Shown here piece by piece: positions 35,984-48,236 of a DNA stretch of 53,399 nt. The stretch's first letter is position 1, and each line of letters begins with the position of its first letter. Source of the stretch: Chromera velia (taxonomy: Eukaryota); NCBI GenBank assembly GCA_018398765.1, contig JAHBMJ010000193.1, positions 1 through 53,399 of the forward strand, written 5' to 3'. The notes under the pieces were generated by a model. The model did no database searches, was not told where the DNA came from, and saw nothing but the letters and a program-made list of their open reading frames with translations. A program made the translations under genes and the position numbers.

Positions 35984-37517
35984 GATGATTGAGGGTTTTT
36001 TTATGCATGCCGCGTCCGCATATATGAGAGGCGGATCTAACCTAGTTTGTCGATTTGTTCCGTCCTACGACTACGAGCGACAAAAATAGACGTTACTTCG
36101 ATCACCCTAATACAGCTGATCAATCACGGCTTCACAACAGGTTGGACAATCAAAAGATAGAAAAAAGAGACAGAGGGGATGCCGGGCAGAACCTTCGAAA
36201 CACTTCACTTCTTTCATTAAAAAAAGGCTACCCTTTTAATCAGAAAGACCTTAATTATGCAGAGGTGCATCCCGCTACGATTCCTGCACGTCTTCCATCC
36301 CTTCAAAAAACTCCTACTTTAAACATCCCATCAAAACTCTTTCTTTAAAATCACTTCTCTAAACTTTTCCAATTTATTTGCTTACACTTTTACCCATCCC
36401 TCTTCTGTCTTCTCGCATTGCCAAAGAAATTCCTTCAGTTTGCGTGTAACATTAAGCAGAAGGCGGCATGGTGGGACAATGTTTGGTAAATCCCTAGTAA
36501 CGCTAAGCAGAAGGCGGCGCGGTAGGACAATTAATTACAATTAATCTTGGATGAATCCCCAGTAATGCTAAGCAGAAGGCGGCGCGGTCCATAGGAAAAT
36601 GTTAGGTGAATCCCCAGTAAGCTAAGCAGAAGGCGGCGTGGTGGGACAATGTTAGATGAATCCCCAGTAACGCTGAGTAGAAAGCGGTGTGGTGGGACAA
36701 TGTTAGGTGAATCCCCAGTAACGCCAAGCAAAAGGCGGCGTGGTAGGACAATGTTAGGTCAATCCTCAGTAATGCTAAACAGAAAGCGGCATGGTAGGAC
36801 AATGTTAGGTGAATCCCCAGTAACGCTAAGCAGAAGGCGGCATGGTGGGCCAATGTTAGGCTAAGTAGAAGGCGGCGCGGTAGGACAATGTTAGGTGAAT
36901 TCCCAGTAACGCTAAGCAGAAGGCGGTGCGGTGGAACAATGGTATGTGAATCCCCAGTAACGCTAAGCAGAAGGCGGCGCGGTGGGATAATGTTAAGTGA
37001 ATTTTCAGTAATCCCTAGTAACGCTAAACAAAAGGGGCCGTGACAAAATTCCGGTATCGGGTGGTGTCCAATACTATCTCTTAACCCCCCCTCAATACAT
37101 AAGATGGTATCGTGCGTGGTAGCTAGGGTCGGTCTGGACGCTAGCCGTGGTCCCAGACGTGTCATGAAGGGTCCGAGACCGTCTAACCACCGTATCGGCA
37201 CCTCTTAGCGGCTATCAGCGGCGGAACCCCCCTTCCCTTATCGGGCACCACCCGATACCAGAATTTTGTTACGGGCCCAAAAGCTGCATGGTGAGACAAT
37301 GTTAGGTGAATCCTCAGTCATGTTAAGCAGGGGGCGGCGCAGTGGGACAATGTTAGGTGAATCTCAGCAACGCTAAGCAGAAGGCGGCATGGTGGAACAA
37401 TGTTAGATAAATCTCTAGTTACGCCGAATAAAAGCTGCCAGAACCTTCGGACAAACTAGACTAGATCCGCTTCTCATATGTAGAGACACGACATGCATAA
37501 AAAAAACCTTGATCATC
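35984..37517. mobile_element. Non-autonomous DNA element with 68-bp terminal inverted repeats (35984-36051 / 37450-37517)
   Basis: gatgattgagggtttttttatgcatgccgcgtcc..ctagtttgtc has its inverse in gacaaactag..catgcataaaaaaaaccttgatcatc. Flanks agca/agta resemble a 4-bp TSD within a satellite unit. Confidence 0.65.
37034..37278. mobile_element. MITE (~245 bp), PIF/Harbinger(Tourist)-like, inserted in the satellite
   Basis: ~40-bp TIR: ggggccgtgacaaaattccggtatcgggtggtgtccaata / tatcgggcaccacccgataccagaattttgttacgggccc. Removing the element and one 3-bp AAA duplication restores a satellite unit of correct length. Confidence 0.8.
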
Positions 37518-37648
37518 AGTAAAAAACGGTGCAGTGGAACAATTTTAGGAGAATCCTCAGTAACGTTAAGTAAAAAGCGGTATTGTGGGATAATGTTAGG
37601 TGAATTCACAGTAATGCTAAGCAAAAGGCGGCGCGGTGGAACAGTGTT

Positions 37649-38093
37649 GAGGATTGATAGTTTTGTTATACATATTCTGTCCCCATATATGAAGCGTAGA
37701 TGCAGCCTGGTTTGTCAGAAAACAGGAATATTCATTTAAAAAAAGCAACGCAGTGGGACAATCATGTTCGACAATGTTTGGTAAATCCCCAGTAGCCGAA
37801 TCATGAGTTTGAAATACGATGGAGCACTTTTTTTTGTAGTTATGAATAATTGATTATGCATTTTTATGTATTTTTACCATCATTTATGATATTTTTTATT
37901 ATCATACGGATTCATACCTGATTGTACTGGTTATAATCGCATTAAAAGTGGTCAATAAGCTTGCTCCTAGAATCGAGACTAATAGAGACTAATAGGAAAA
38001 AGCGGAACCTTCGGAGTCAAGTGTGGATAAACTAGGCTTGACCCGCCCCTCATATATGGGGACGCGGCATGCATAACAAAAACCTCGATCATC
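37649..38093. mobile_element. Second, shorter element of the same 68-bp TIR family (37649-37716 / 38026-38093)
   Basis: Both ends align with the TIRs of the 35984-37517 element. Both right ends are preceded by gaaccttcgga. Confidence 0.6.
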
Positions 38094-38627
38094 AACGTTA
38101 ATCTTATACCAAGCTAGATGCTAAGCCGTATACACATATAGTGTAAGATGCTTTGCTTGCTATTTTATATTGCCGCTTAGCAGCCGCTATCATCATTATG
38201 ATATTAATATATCATCGTCCTTGGCCCATGAGTAGGCGTCTAGCGCTCTACATCCGTTCGTCTCTCTATCATTTCCTTTTACTTTCTTTCACCTGTCTTA
38301 CCAATGGATTCAGAGCTAGTCTCTGCTTCAAGACTCCTCTCGAAGTCTCTCTGTGAGGAGAAATAGACAGGCCAATTGTTCTCTTTCACTTAATTTCTCT
38401 AGAACTTTCTCGGCCAGACCTGTCTTTCCCGGTTCTTTTCGTTGATTGCTTAATTTCGGCCTTGATTTGAAATCATGATTTCAAGAACAGCAAAACACAA
38501 AAACAGACACAGTGCTGATCTCCAGTGCGCGATCAGTGAAGAAGTTTCAGCGACGAAGAAGAAAAAAATCATGCCGAAGAGATTTGCTACCCTTTCCCCN
38601 NNNNNNNNNNNNCACACACACACACAT

Positions 38628-38677
<50 letters not shown>

Positions 38678-39012
38678 GCACTCACAGATGCCCATCAGAC
38701 GAAAGGACACGATTGGGCGCTCGCAGACGGATAGTTCAGTCCAGACACACAGATCTGCGCCACACCCTTCCCTGCTTGTCTTAACAAATGCATGTGTCTT
38801 CTTTAAATTGTTTTTCTCCCTTCTTCTTTACCTTCCGAAAGTGTGACTCCTTACTTCCTTTTCTTCGCTTTTCATTGCACGAAAATTTGTGCTGTGACCT
38901 CCACAACGATTGGCTTTTCTTCTCCGCAACAGAAGAGCAGGAAGGACACAGACTCGAGGAGAAGACAAAAAACAATGCAAAGTATCAATTGCACATCAGT
39001 GTGTCGTGCATG

Positions 39013-39251
39013 TCACTGAGGAATCCAGAAAGAAAGTTCGAGTCCCGCCTTGACGGGCCCTGCAGTCCTGGCCTTGTCGTACTTCATTCCCGTCTCCTGC
39101 ATTGTGCAGGCCTGCCACATATTCTCTGTGGCCTTCAGACAACAGGCAGCGTTGTCCGTCAGGTCACACGTCCCAGTGGGACCCTGCATGCATGCGCATG
39201 GGACAGTAGGGGGGTGGGGCGGTGGTCAGGAAGAGGCAGCACAGGAATACG

Positions 39252-39325
<74 letters not shown>

Positions 39326-39577
39326 TCTCTGTCTCTCCCACTTATTCATTCATAATGTGTCGCTCACAAACACGCACGCACGCGCACACACACACATGCA
39401 CGCGCGCGCTCTACCCCTGTCTCAACCTCTTTCTCAAACACACAAACACGCACACACTGTTTCACTCGCTCACACACACATGCACACACAGAGAGGGAGT
39501 GTGTAAGAAAGAAAGAGAAAGAGAGAGCGTGAGTCGGAGAGAGGGAAACGGAGAAGGAGGGGGAGAGAGAAGACGGA

Positions 39578-39608
<31 letters not shown>

Positions 39609-39810
39609 GACGCAACGGAGCCAAATGAAAAGAGAACAACATAATGAAGGCAGGCGTGCGCACATATACGCTGACACACATGCAACATGCACAAGAGAGC
39701 AAAGACGCATTCTCGCAGACAGACCACACGCACACACGCGTTCTCACTACTGTTCTCTTTGTTTATATGTCTGACTAAGCCTCTCTGTCTCTTCCACTCT
39801 CTCTATCTCT

Positions 39811-39858
<48 letters not shown>

Positions 39859-40545
39859 CACACACAGAGCACACACAGAGTGACTATGGAGAAGCTCTGT
39901 GTGACTGACCGAGAGGTTCATGGTGCCCCCCTCTGTCCTCATGATCCTGGGGTTGTTCTCTGCTGTCCTCTTCCTCTCAAACTCTGCCTCATGGTTGTCC
40001 CTGTCTGTGTCCAACCATTCCTGCTTCCCCTGCACGTCTTCCACCAATGTCTTCAGCTCGCTGCTGACAGTGATCGTCATCGCCGATTCGATCCTCGCTA
40101 TCTCGGCCTTCTTTCCAACGTCGTTGCAGTAGTTTGCAGGAACCAACGTGAGGCTGTTCTGCTCACTGTAGGGTACCACCTGGATGCCTCTTGACTCTGG
40201 AATGTCCGGGTGGGCCAGCATGTTGACCACCCAGGTGTGGCTGGTCTTTCCGGAAGAGACGGGAGCACCCCGCATGGATACTCGGCAAGGACCCTCGAGC
40301 GCGATTCTGCCCGTCTTTGAAACTCCCCAGAAGAACTTGCAGCTCTCAAACTCAATCGTTCGTGGGCCTGCTTTGCAAGTAGAGGGAGTCTCTGTCTTCT
40401 CGCATGTGCCCTCGGTCACTGTGCAATCCCAATCCCGTTTGCTTTTCTTCCAGAAAGGTTTTTGTCTCTCATGTTCCTTCATTGTTCTTGCGGAGCTGTC
40501 TGGCAAGAGAACCGCCAGGCAAAGAGCGAAAGCAACCAACCACAT
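39013..40545 (-). CDS. Hypothetical secreted Cys-containing protein; exons 40545-39910 and 39183-39013 (~268 aa)
   Basis: Signal-like MWLVAFALCLAVLLPDSSA. Phase-0 intron TCG|GTCAGT..ATGCAG|GGT gives a second exon GPTGTCDLTDNAACCLKATENMWQACTMQETGMKYDKARTAGPVKAGLELSFWIPQ*. Confidence 0.75.
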
Positions 40546-40801
40546 TGTAGAAATTCAAGTGCTGCAAACTCTGCTGTCAAAAACGAACCTTTGAGGATTT
40601 GATGGACGATTCTGGAACTTTGAGGGACGAACGAAGGAAATTGAATTATATATTTGTTGGAGCGCCTCAGAGCAACACTTCGACGTTGATCAAGTCACTG
40701 AGGACCGCTGATTGGATCGAGGAACTGACAGTTCTTTCTCTGTCAACTAATGTGCACATGTTACCGCCTATACATTGTTCCAGCGCCCTTCCATGAGTTA
40801 A

Positions 40802-40857
40802 TCTTTAGTGTCTCTCTGGTCCTTTGTCGGGCCAGTATGCATCTTGCCTAGGCATAG
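40802..40857. repeat. 56-bp dispersed element, copy 2
   Basis: 55/56 identical to 6345-6400. Confidence 0.9.
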
Positions 40858-41417
40858 GTCCTTCCATGAGGGGTGAACGTGTCAGGAGACGGACAGAGAA
40901 CATGCACGCATGCACGCATGTGTGCATGCATGAATTATTGAAATGCCTGAATTTTTGAAAAAAAAAAAAAAAAAAGAAACATACAAAGAAGCGCTTACAG
41001 AACACGAGAGTGGGCGCGCACTGCGCGCCGACGTTGTCGCGGTGGGTACTCCCGTTGTCGAGTCCGGCGTCGAAAGAGGGACATATACAAAAGTTCTTCT
41101 CCTTCGAAGCGTCGTGGCGCATGCATGTCGGAATGCCTTTTCATGCTCCTCTTTTTACAACACTATACAACATTATTACTCAGAGAGACGGGGAACCCAC
41201 CAAGCATTTACTCAATAATTGCCATACAGTAAGTAGATTGAGTTGTACAAATTAAGTGAAGTAAAGTGAACTTAAGTTTCGAAGAAAAATGACGTTCAAA
41301 AAGCTTCAGAATATAATTGTGGGGACCGACTCATAGAGAAATTTTTATATGCCTCTGATAGTTGGGCCCGAATGGCAATTAACTGTATGCGCATAACTCA
41401 AACGTAAGCTTATAGTA

Positions 41418-42183
41418 TATACCACATCAAATGTAATTTTTCATTTTTGACCCCGGCGTACAAATTATAAATACAAATTATGCATTTTTAAACGCTATTT
41501 TTGGGGGCCCAAATTGTTTAATACAGACCAAAAACGGCATGCCGGGGCCTAACTTCGCGCGGAATGCGCGCGCGCACCACGGATTACAAATCTGAGTGCT
41601 CGATTAGAAAAGTTGGTCCATGAATGCACTTCGGTTCATCCTTGAGTTGTATTGTTTTGAAGTTTATGGACAGTTCTGCTGCACAGATAAGCTTCATGAT
41701 TATGTACATAGGAACATCTTCCGTGGTGTACTTGAAGAGTGCTTGATTCTCTTGAAGGTCCTCAAAATTCCTCCGGTTCAGACACTTGACTCGCCTCACC
41801 TTTCCACACTGTGAGTGTGTGCAGGTGAGAGTTAAGACCAGCTCCGACATTCTAAAAAAAGTGATTTAAGATGATCCAAGATGATCCAAGATATCAGATC
41901 GAAACAGAAGATGATCTAAGATAGAAAAAAATTCAGATGAAACAGAAGGCGTCACTGTGAGTCAGGAGACTTCAGCTTTCAGGAGACTTCTGGGATCCAC
42001 ATGCATTAATTGTCAACATTTGTAATCTAGCATGCAAATTGTGGTTGGACACAAAAGTTGGGCTCCAGCATATCATTTTTGGTCTGTATGCCTTATTTAG
42101 GCCCCCTCCCCCCAAAAAATTTTAAATGCAAAAAATGTATTTGTAATTTGTATCTGACGAAAAATTCGATTTGATGCGGTATA
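41418..42183. mobile_element. Element with long imperfect inverted repeats (~41418-41556 / ~42055-42183) enclosing an 88-aa ORF (41584-41850, -)
   Basis: tataccacatcaaat..tacaaattataaatacaaattatgcattt..gggggccc..atacagaccaaaaa..gcctaactt is mirrored by aagttgggctcc..tttttggtctgtat..ggcccc..aaatgca..tgtatttgtaatttgta..atttgatgcggtata. Confidence 0.65.
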
Positions 42184-43466
42184 GTAAGATTTGCAAATTT
42201 CTGCATAAGGTTTACCTATGCAGTCATCTCAAACGCGAGTATAGTATAGTAAAAAACCGTTACTAAGGCTCAGATGAATGCTCCGGCTCAAGTTTATGTA
42301 ATATATGCTCACTTGGTATGTTCGTTGACGTTCGCTTAGGCTAGCTTCCTATGAATACTAGCTAAGTTTACTAGGCTATCTTATATTACCCCGTGCATGC
42401 ACATCTAGCATCTAACATCTAACACTTATAACTTTAGACTGTAAAGCTCAGTGTATGCAGGCTTAGCATGTATTAGCGTGTAACATACTTAGAATCAAAT
42501 CTAATTATAACAAATTAATAAACTTTTTTAGAATCCTCCCCTCTCTCAACTGCAGACTCAAGCCACTGAACGTCTACTAGTACATATTTTAAAAATATAT
42601 TATGATAAAATGTACAAAATGTAAGCTTAAGGCTGGAAGTGATGATAATCATATTTTTTTTTTATTTTGAATGTTCCTTAGGATTTTATTTAATCTCACT
42701 TATAATTAAAGTAATTTATTGCTTAAATGATTACTGCAATTAACTTATAAAATCTGCATTAGACTAAGTGAGTTTATCAAAGGCAAGCTAAAAGGCAGAC
42801 GTAAAACAAAACCCCTTTCCAAGTCTTAAAGTTTGCGATACCTCTGACTCAGAGTCTCTGCTTTTGACGTTGACTCTATAATACAGACGAACGGCAAGGT
42901 ATCTTCTTACCTTGATCAAGCTTCTTAATCGCTATAATCACATTCTCAATCCGTACATGACAGTCTCAGTGTCAGTCTGGCTGAGTCTGCTGGTATGATT
43001 ACATATGACTAGGCATATAATTAGTATTTGATGGAATTAAGAGCATTACATACAGGGTCCCACTTCTGCTTGCAGATCGACGCAAGCAGTGAACGCTGCA
43101 GGTTTTAGTCAAAAGATGTGAATAAAAAAAACAAAGCCCTTTCTTTACTTCCTTTGCCGCTTTCTGAATGGAAGGCAACACGGAAGCGAGTCCAAGAACC
43201 ATACTCAGTTGGTCAGTAGCATGTATGCACTCCTTGCATTCATGAACTATATATGATTGTATGCTCACAGAAGCACTTATTAAAACAAAAAGAGCTTTTC
43301 CACTCCCGGCCTCTTTTCAAACCTCAAGTCGATCAGACTGGGTGCAAGGAAAACAAACGACAAGGGGGCAAAGAGATATAATTGTTGAGTGAGAGACTGG
43401 TAGGGAGACTTTTTTCCTCCATCTCTCTTTACCACCGACCCTTCCTTTCCTACGAAGTGCCACATT

Positions 43467-43501
<35 letters not shown>

Positions 43502-44909
43502 TATATACACACATACACACACATACACACACACATACATACACACTCATTTCGTCTCGGTCCGGTGAAGTACCAGGTGCTTCACTCCGGCTGCACTCGT
43601 TTGGTTGTCCACTGTCTACATGTGCCCTAGACACGTGCTTGCAGCCGTTGCGCCCCCTGTTGGCGCAGACCAGTTCTACAAGCCCATCGGTTGCAAAATT
43701 CACGAGCCTCAACATCTGCAGGTATTATATTAAACACATTTTCAACATGTTCAGAGTCTCCGACTCCTAAAAAGTCGTTTTGAAGGTCTGGCTGTGAAAA
43801 AACAGGGCATCTTTATTCAGATTTCAGTCTCTATTTTGCCTATACTTGCCTAACTTATGCTCTTAATATTTTTGCAGCTTTTTTGTCTTACTGTTGTTGT
43901 CATTTACATTGCTACCATCACTGCTATACCCACCTTGTATACCCACACATATCACATGCCTCTGGTGAAACAAATAGTCCAAAAAGGCTGTGTCAAGCCA
44001 TCAATTCCAACCTTTATATGGATCTTCCCTATCTTGCCCCACTATAAACTCATAAACTCAGAGCCTCCACAAATGAAATGCAAAGACACTGACTGATCTT
44101 GCCTCTCACAGAGACAGTTAACGCTCCCCAACGACCTCTTTTTGCACTTTCTGTAGAAGACTTCCTGCGTAGGTTAATACTTGTCGGAGTGTGTCTGCAT
44201 ATACACTCCGATTTTAGGTCTGTAGACCCTAACACTCCACATAGGGTGATCACACTCCGATTTTAGGTCTTTTTAGTGATTTTTACAGGTTATAAAAAAG
44301 ATATTTTCTAACTTTTTCTGTATGGGAACAGTCTGAAAAACACACTCCGCAAAATATAGTCCAATTTAAGATTTTCAGCCCAGAACACTCCGAGAGATAC
44401 CGTTCCACGGCTTCCTGCTTTTTTTTTCTAGCGTAGACCTCCAGTTCAAGTGTGTGTGTGAGGGAGTCCAGAGACAGGTCTTTAAATTTGTCCACTCCAC
44501 AGGGATGCCCCCCCGGCATCACAGAGCATGGCATCTCCTTCTATATGCAGAAAAGAATAGAAAAACTCTGATGAAAAAACAGCTACGAGAAACTCATATA
44601 CCACACAGCATTATATACAGCTCCATAGGAAAGAAAATACACATTTTTTATGCAGAGCATCTATTAAAAGCTAGATTAAAAGTAATTAAAAGAGAGAGAA
44701 GAAAAGGGACATCACATTCATTTCATTCTTCAGGTACAAAGACAAGATTGCTCTTTTTTTGTTGGTACTCAGCACTGACTTTCTAGGGAAAATATTGATA
44801 TAGAAAAAGGAAAAAACTGAAAGCAACATATACAACAAACCTTAATTCGTCTTTCGCATGCACATTCCATCAAAGATGACGTGAAGTACGAGACTTCAGT
44901 CGCTCACTA

Positions 44910-47849
44910 CGCCTCTTCAACATCCAGTACAGGGCTTCTTTTTACAATGAGCTGCGCTTCTATCGATCCTTTTGTTTTGATTCTTTTCCCTTAAATGGTT
45001 CCCTTTCCCGTTGGCTGGCCGAAAAAGATTCCGACCTAGCCATCTTCACAGAAGCAATGGATGTAACAAGGGACATCTCTTGTGGGGGGTGGAAAGGCAA
45101 AAACTTCAGCCACCATGAGTGGTACTGGCAGCAACTAGGTATGCGCAGAGCAGCCCATGATAGGGACGGTAGGAGTGGGGGTGTTTGTGTGCTTGTAAAA
45201 GAGGAACGGTGGAGCGAGCTGAAACCCGAAATCTCCCTTGTGGGCCCGAGTCTAGTTGAAGTGAAGATTACTGTGGGTGGGCGCAGGGTGCATGTATTCG
45301 GTCTTTATACTTTCCCGGGTCCTGGTCCAATCACAGGGACAGTGGGGTCCCTAACCTCTTAAAGGATGTATTTAGGGGGGTCCCTCTTGAGGCAGACAGG
45401 GTGGTGATGGGGGATTTCAATGCGCACTCAGGCAGCCTTGTCCCCAAAAATCTTTTGTGGTCCCGTGCAGATATCTTCCTCCCGCCAAGGGATTCTGCGG
45501 GGATTGATAGGAGAGGAGAAAATGATGAGGGCTCGGAGGAGCCTGACAGACCCTCGTTTATCTGTATATCTCAGTACAGCAAAGACGTTGACCGCAGTGG
45601 GAGGGACTTTATTCAAATTTGTAGTGATATGAATCTTGTTCCTTTGAACGGAACTGACGGGAGAAGCAGCGGGAGAGTCTTTTATTTTTTTTGGTGAGTG
45701 CACCCACTATTCCAGACAGAGCAGCATGTCTATGCCCACTTCCCTCATTAATTACGTACTTACTGATCCATCTACTATACAGAAGGTTTCTGATTGGGAG
45801 GTTGACTTCGATGGTATTGCCTCCCCCGACCATACGACCGTTTCCTTCTCCTTTTCCCCTCCCTTGGCCAAACTCGAATCTGAAGATGCTCTCCCACCCC
45901 ACCAAAACCTCTCTGATTGTCCTCCCCTTTTCTGTTCAAACCGCACAGCCTCGGTCTCTGATGAAGAAATCGCGCTGCTTGCAGCAGCGGTGAGATCGTT
46001 TGCTGAGGATCGATGGCCTGGCTTGTGGGCCTATCATGAGCAGATCGAACCATTCGAGGAGCCGCCTGCTCCTCTACCTCCCCCAGTGTCCCCGCATCCC
46101 CAACCAAGGCTGACTTTGGAGGGCGGTGACGATTGTGCATGTCTGCACAGGTTAGTTGAGGAATGGTCACGTGTGCTGGTAGGGCTGATCAAGCAGACAG
46201 GGGACAAGGAGCCCGGCCTAGAAAGTAGACGATCAAAGAGAGAGGCATGGTTTGATTTGGAATGTAAAGCTTTACAGAAAGAGGTTAGAGAGGCAGACGA
46301 GAGATGGAAGCTAGTGAGAGATGGGAATGGAAGGGGAATAGAGTTCGATAGACTGCAGAGGCTTCTGCAGGTCCGTCGTACTCTATTCAAAAGAAAGAGA
46401 GTTACGTAGGAGAGAGCACAAGCCCGGAGGGTACAAGAAGAGTTGTTAAAAGACCCGCTTACTATCTGGAGGAGAAAGAAAAAAGCTGCCTCAGCTGGGG
46501 GAGCCTCCCGTTCTTCTCTACGTGAGTTTTCAAATCATTGGGCGGGGGTGTTTGAAGATAAGAATGAAGAGCCTCTCCCTTCTGCCCTCCCATCTGCCCC
46601 TCCTCCTTTCCACCCTTCTATTTTGCCCTTCTCTTTCCATCAAATCTCCTCTGCTCTAAAGAAAATGAATAGAAAGAAAGCGTCTGGCCTTGAAAGAATC
46701 TCCCCCGCTCAGCTTAACCTTTGTTTTGCGCACTCGGCGCTCTCTCGTTTTTTACTTTCTGTTTTGTTTAATTGTATGCATATTTTTGCTTGCTGGTCTC
46801 CCTCTTGGAATATGCTGCATATCTACCCTGTCCCTAAAGGCCCTGCCTCTCCCTCTCCTAATGAATGGAGGCCTATTCACGTTGTCAACCCTTTCGTAAA
46901 ACTTTTTGGTTTGCTGATGGACGGCTATGTGCGCTCTTAAGTTGAGCTTAACGTCAGGCAGTTAGGTTTCAGACAAGGAATGGGTACAAGGGAAGGGGTA
47001 GGCGCACTTATCTCTACCATTCTTTCCTCTAAAAAGAAAAAGAAAGCTCTGCTGGCAGGCTTTGTTGACTTTTCCAAAGCTTTCGACACTGTGCCAAGAG
47101 GTAAGCTAATTCAGAAACTGAGAAGAGAAGGTGTATATGAGGCAGATGTGTGTATGATATGTAAAACATACAGGGAGGTCTGGAGAAAGGTAGACGGGGA
47201 CTCTTTGCGTTTTCGGGAGGGCGCTGGGGTAAAGCAAGGTGATGCTCTCTCTCCCATTCTCTTTCTTATCTATATCAATGACCTTCCCCGTATGTGTTGA
47301 GTTAGTAAGAACGAGGGGGCCGTAGACAAAGAAGCAGAGGGAGCAGGATGGTTAGACAGCAGAATGGGGGAGGGCAGCGTTGAGAAGCCCGAGAGAGAGC
47401 CCGAACCTGTCCTTCTTGACAACTGCATCTTAGGCAGTCTGGAGTATGCGGATGATCTCTGTTTCCTTGCTCATTCCGTCTCAGATCTGCAAAAGAAGTT
47501 CTCAGCCTTAGAAGGGTATTACAAGGAATGGAGATTGACTGTGAACCTAAAGTAAACGAAAATCTTGCGTCTATCTGCCTTGGCTCTGGGGCAGTCTGCA
47601 GGTAGAGTCATGTATAGTGGGAAGGAAGTTGAATGGACATCCCAATACAAATATCTAGGGTGTGTTTTCTTTGAAGGGGGGTACTTAAACAGAACAATTG
47701 AGTCCCATATTGCTTCTGCTTTGTGGGCTCTGGGTGAGGTAATTGGGTTGATTGCGAGCATGGGCCCACTTAGCATTGATGCACAGGTAACAGTCTTTAG
47801 AGCCTGCTGGACCCCCGTAGCGCTTTACTCTACGGGACAGCACTCCTAG
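44910..47849 (+). pseudogene. Decayed non-LTR retrotransposon (LINE) ORF2: APE endonuclease plus reverse transcriptase, 3'-truncated
   Basis: APE: DLAIFTEA, GRSGGVCVLV, VMGDFNAH, SLINYVL, SPDH. RT: KKASGLERI, EWRPIHV, QLGFRQG, FVDFSKAFDTV, GVKQGDALSPILFLIYIND, LEYADD, YKYLG. Frameshifts in APE; in-frame stops at 46407, 46938, 47298, 47553 and 47847. Confidence 0.93.
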
Positions 47850-48236
47850 GTAGAACCCTAGTACCGTGCATGTTTATACTGTAATTGAAGATGATATAAT
47901 ATAGGTTCTAATAGGTTCTAACACTGTTTTTTGCTTTTCTAGACTCGTTAGTGTAAGGTTCTTTCAGGTTCTTAAAGGTTCTTTAAAGAAGAATCAAGTC
48001 TACATTGCGTCAAAGTGGTGTCTCCATCATTTGGTTCGTACTCTCTAGAGAAACCGCTAGAACCTAGGTTCTAGGAACTTAGATAAAAACCTATAAGAAC
48101 TATGAAGAACCCCCCCCCTAAAGCTTCAAAAAGACTAAAAAGCTAATTTAGATGATTAAAATGATCCAAGCAAACAAGACGGATGCTTACATATGCTAAA
48201 ATTAACCGTTAAAATCATAAAACTCAGCTGTCAACT

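Larger units (their letters stand above)
34686..37793. repeat. 51-bp tandem satellite (consensus ~aatgttaggtgaatccccagtaacgctaagcagaaggcggcgcggtgggac), interrupted by inserted elements
   Basis: Dozens of head-to-tail copies in 34.7-36.0 kb and 36.45-37.4 kb, with remnants to ~37.8 kb. The 51-nt period produces 17-aa repeat ORFs. Confidence 0.95.

Noticed and set aside
34686..37793. CRISPR array or repeat-protein gene
   Set aside because: Units are head-to-tail with no unique spacers, there are no cas genes, and the context is eukaryotic. The 17-aa repeat ORFs shift frame repeatedly and follow simply from the 51-nt period.
43560..43720. Possible orphan Cys-containing exon (minus strand, after CTGCAG)
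   Set aside because: It has an acceptor-like site but no consistent open frame or partner exons that I could establish.
46407..47555. Stop-codon reassignment to explain the in-frame stops in the LINE RT
   Set aside because: All three stop types occur, host genes end in standard stops, and the APE part has frameshifts. Decay is the simpler explanation.
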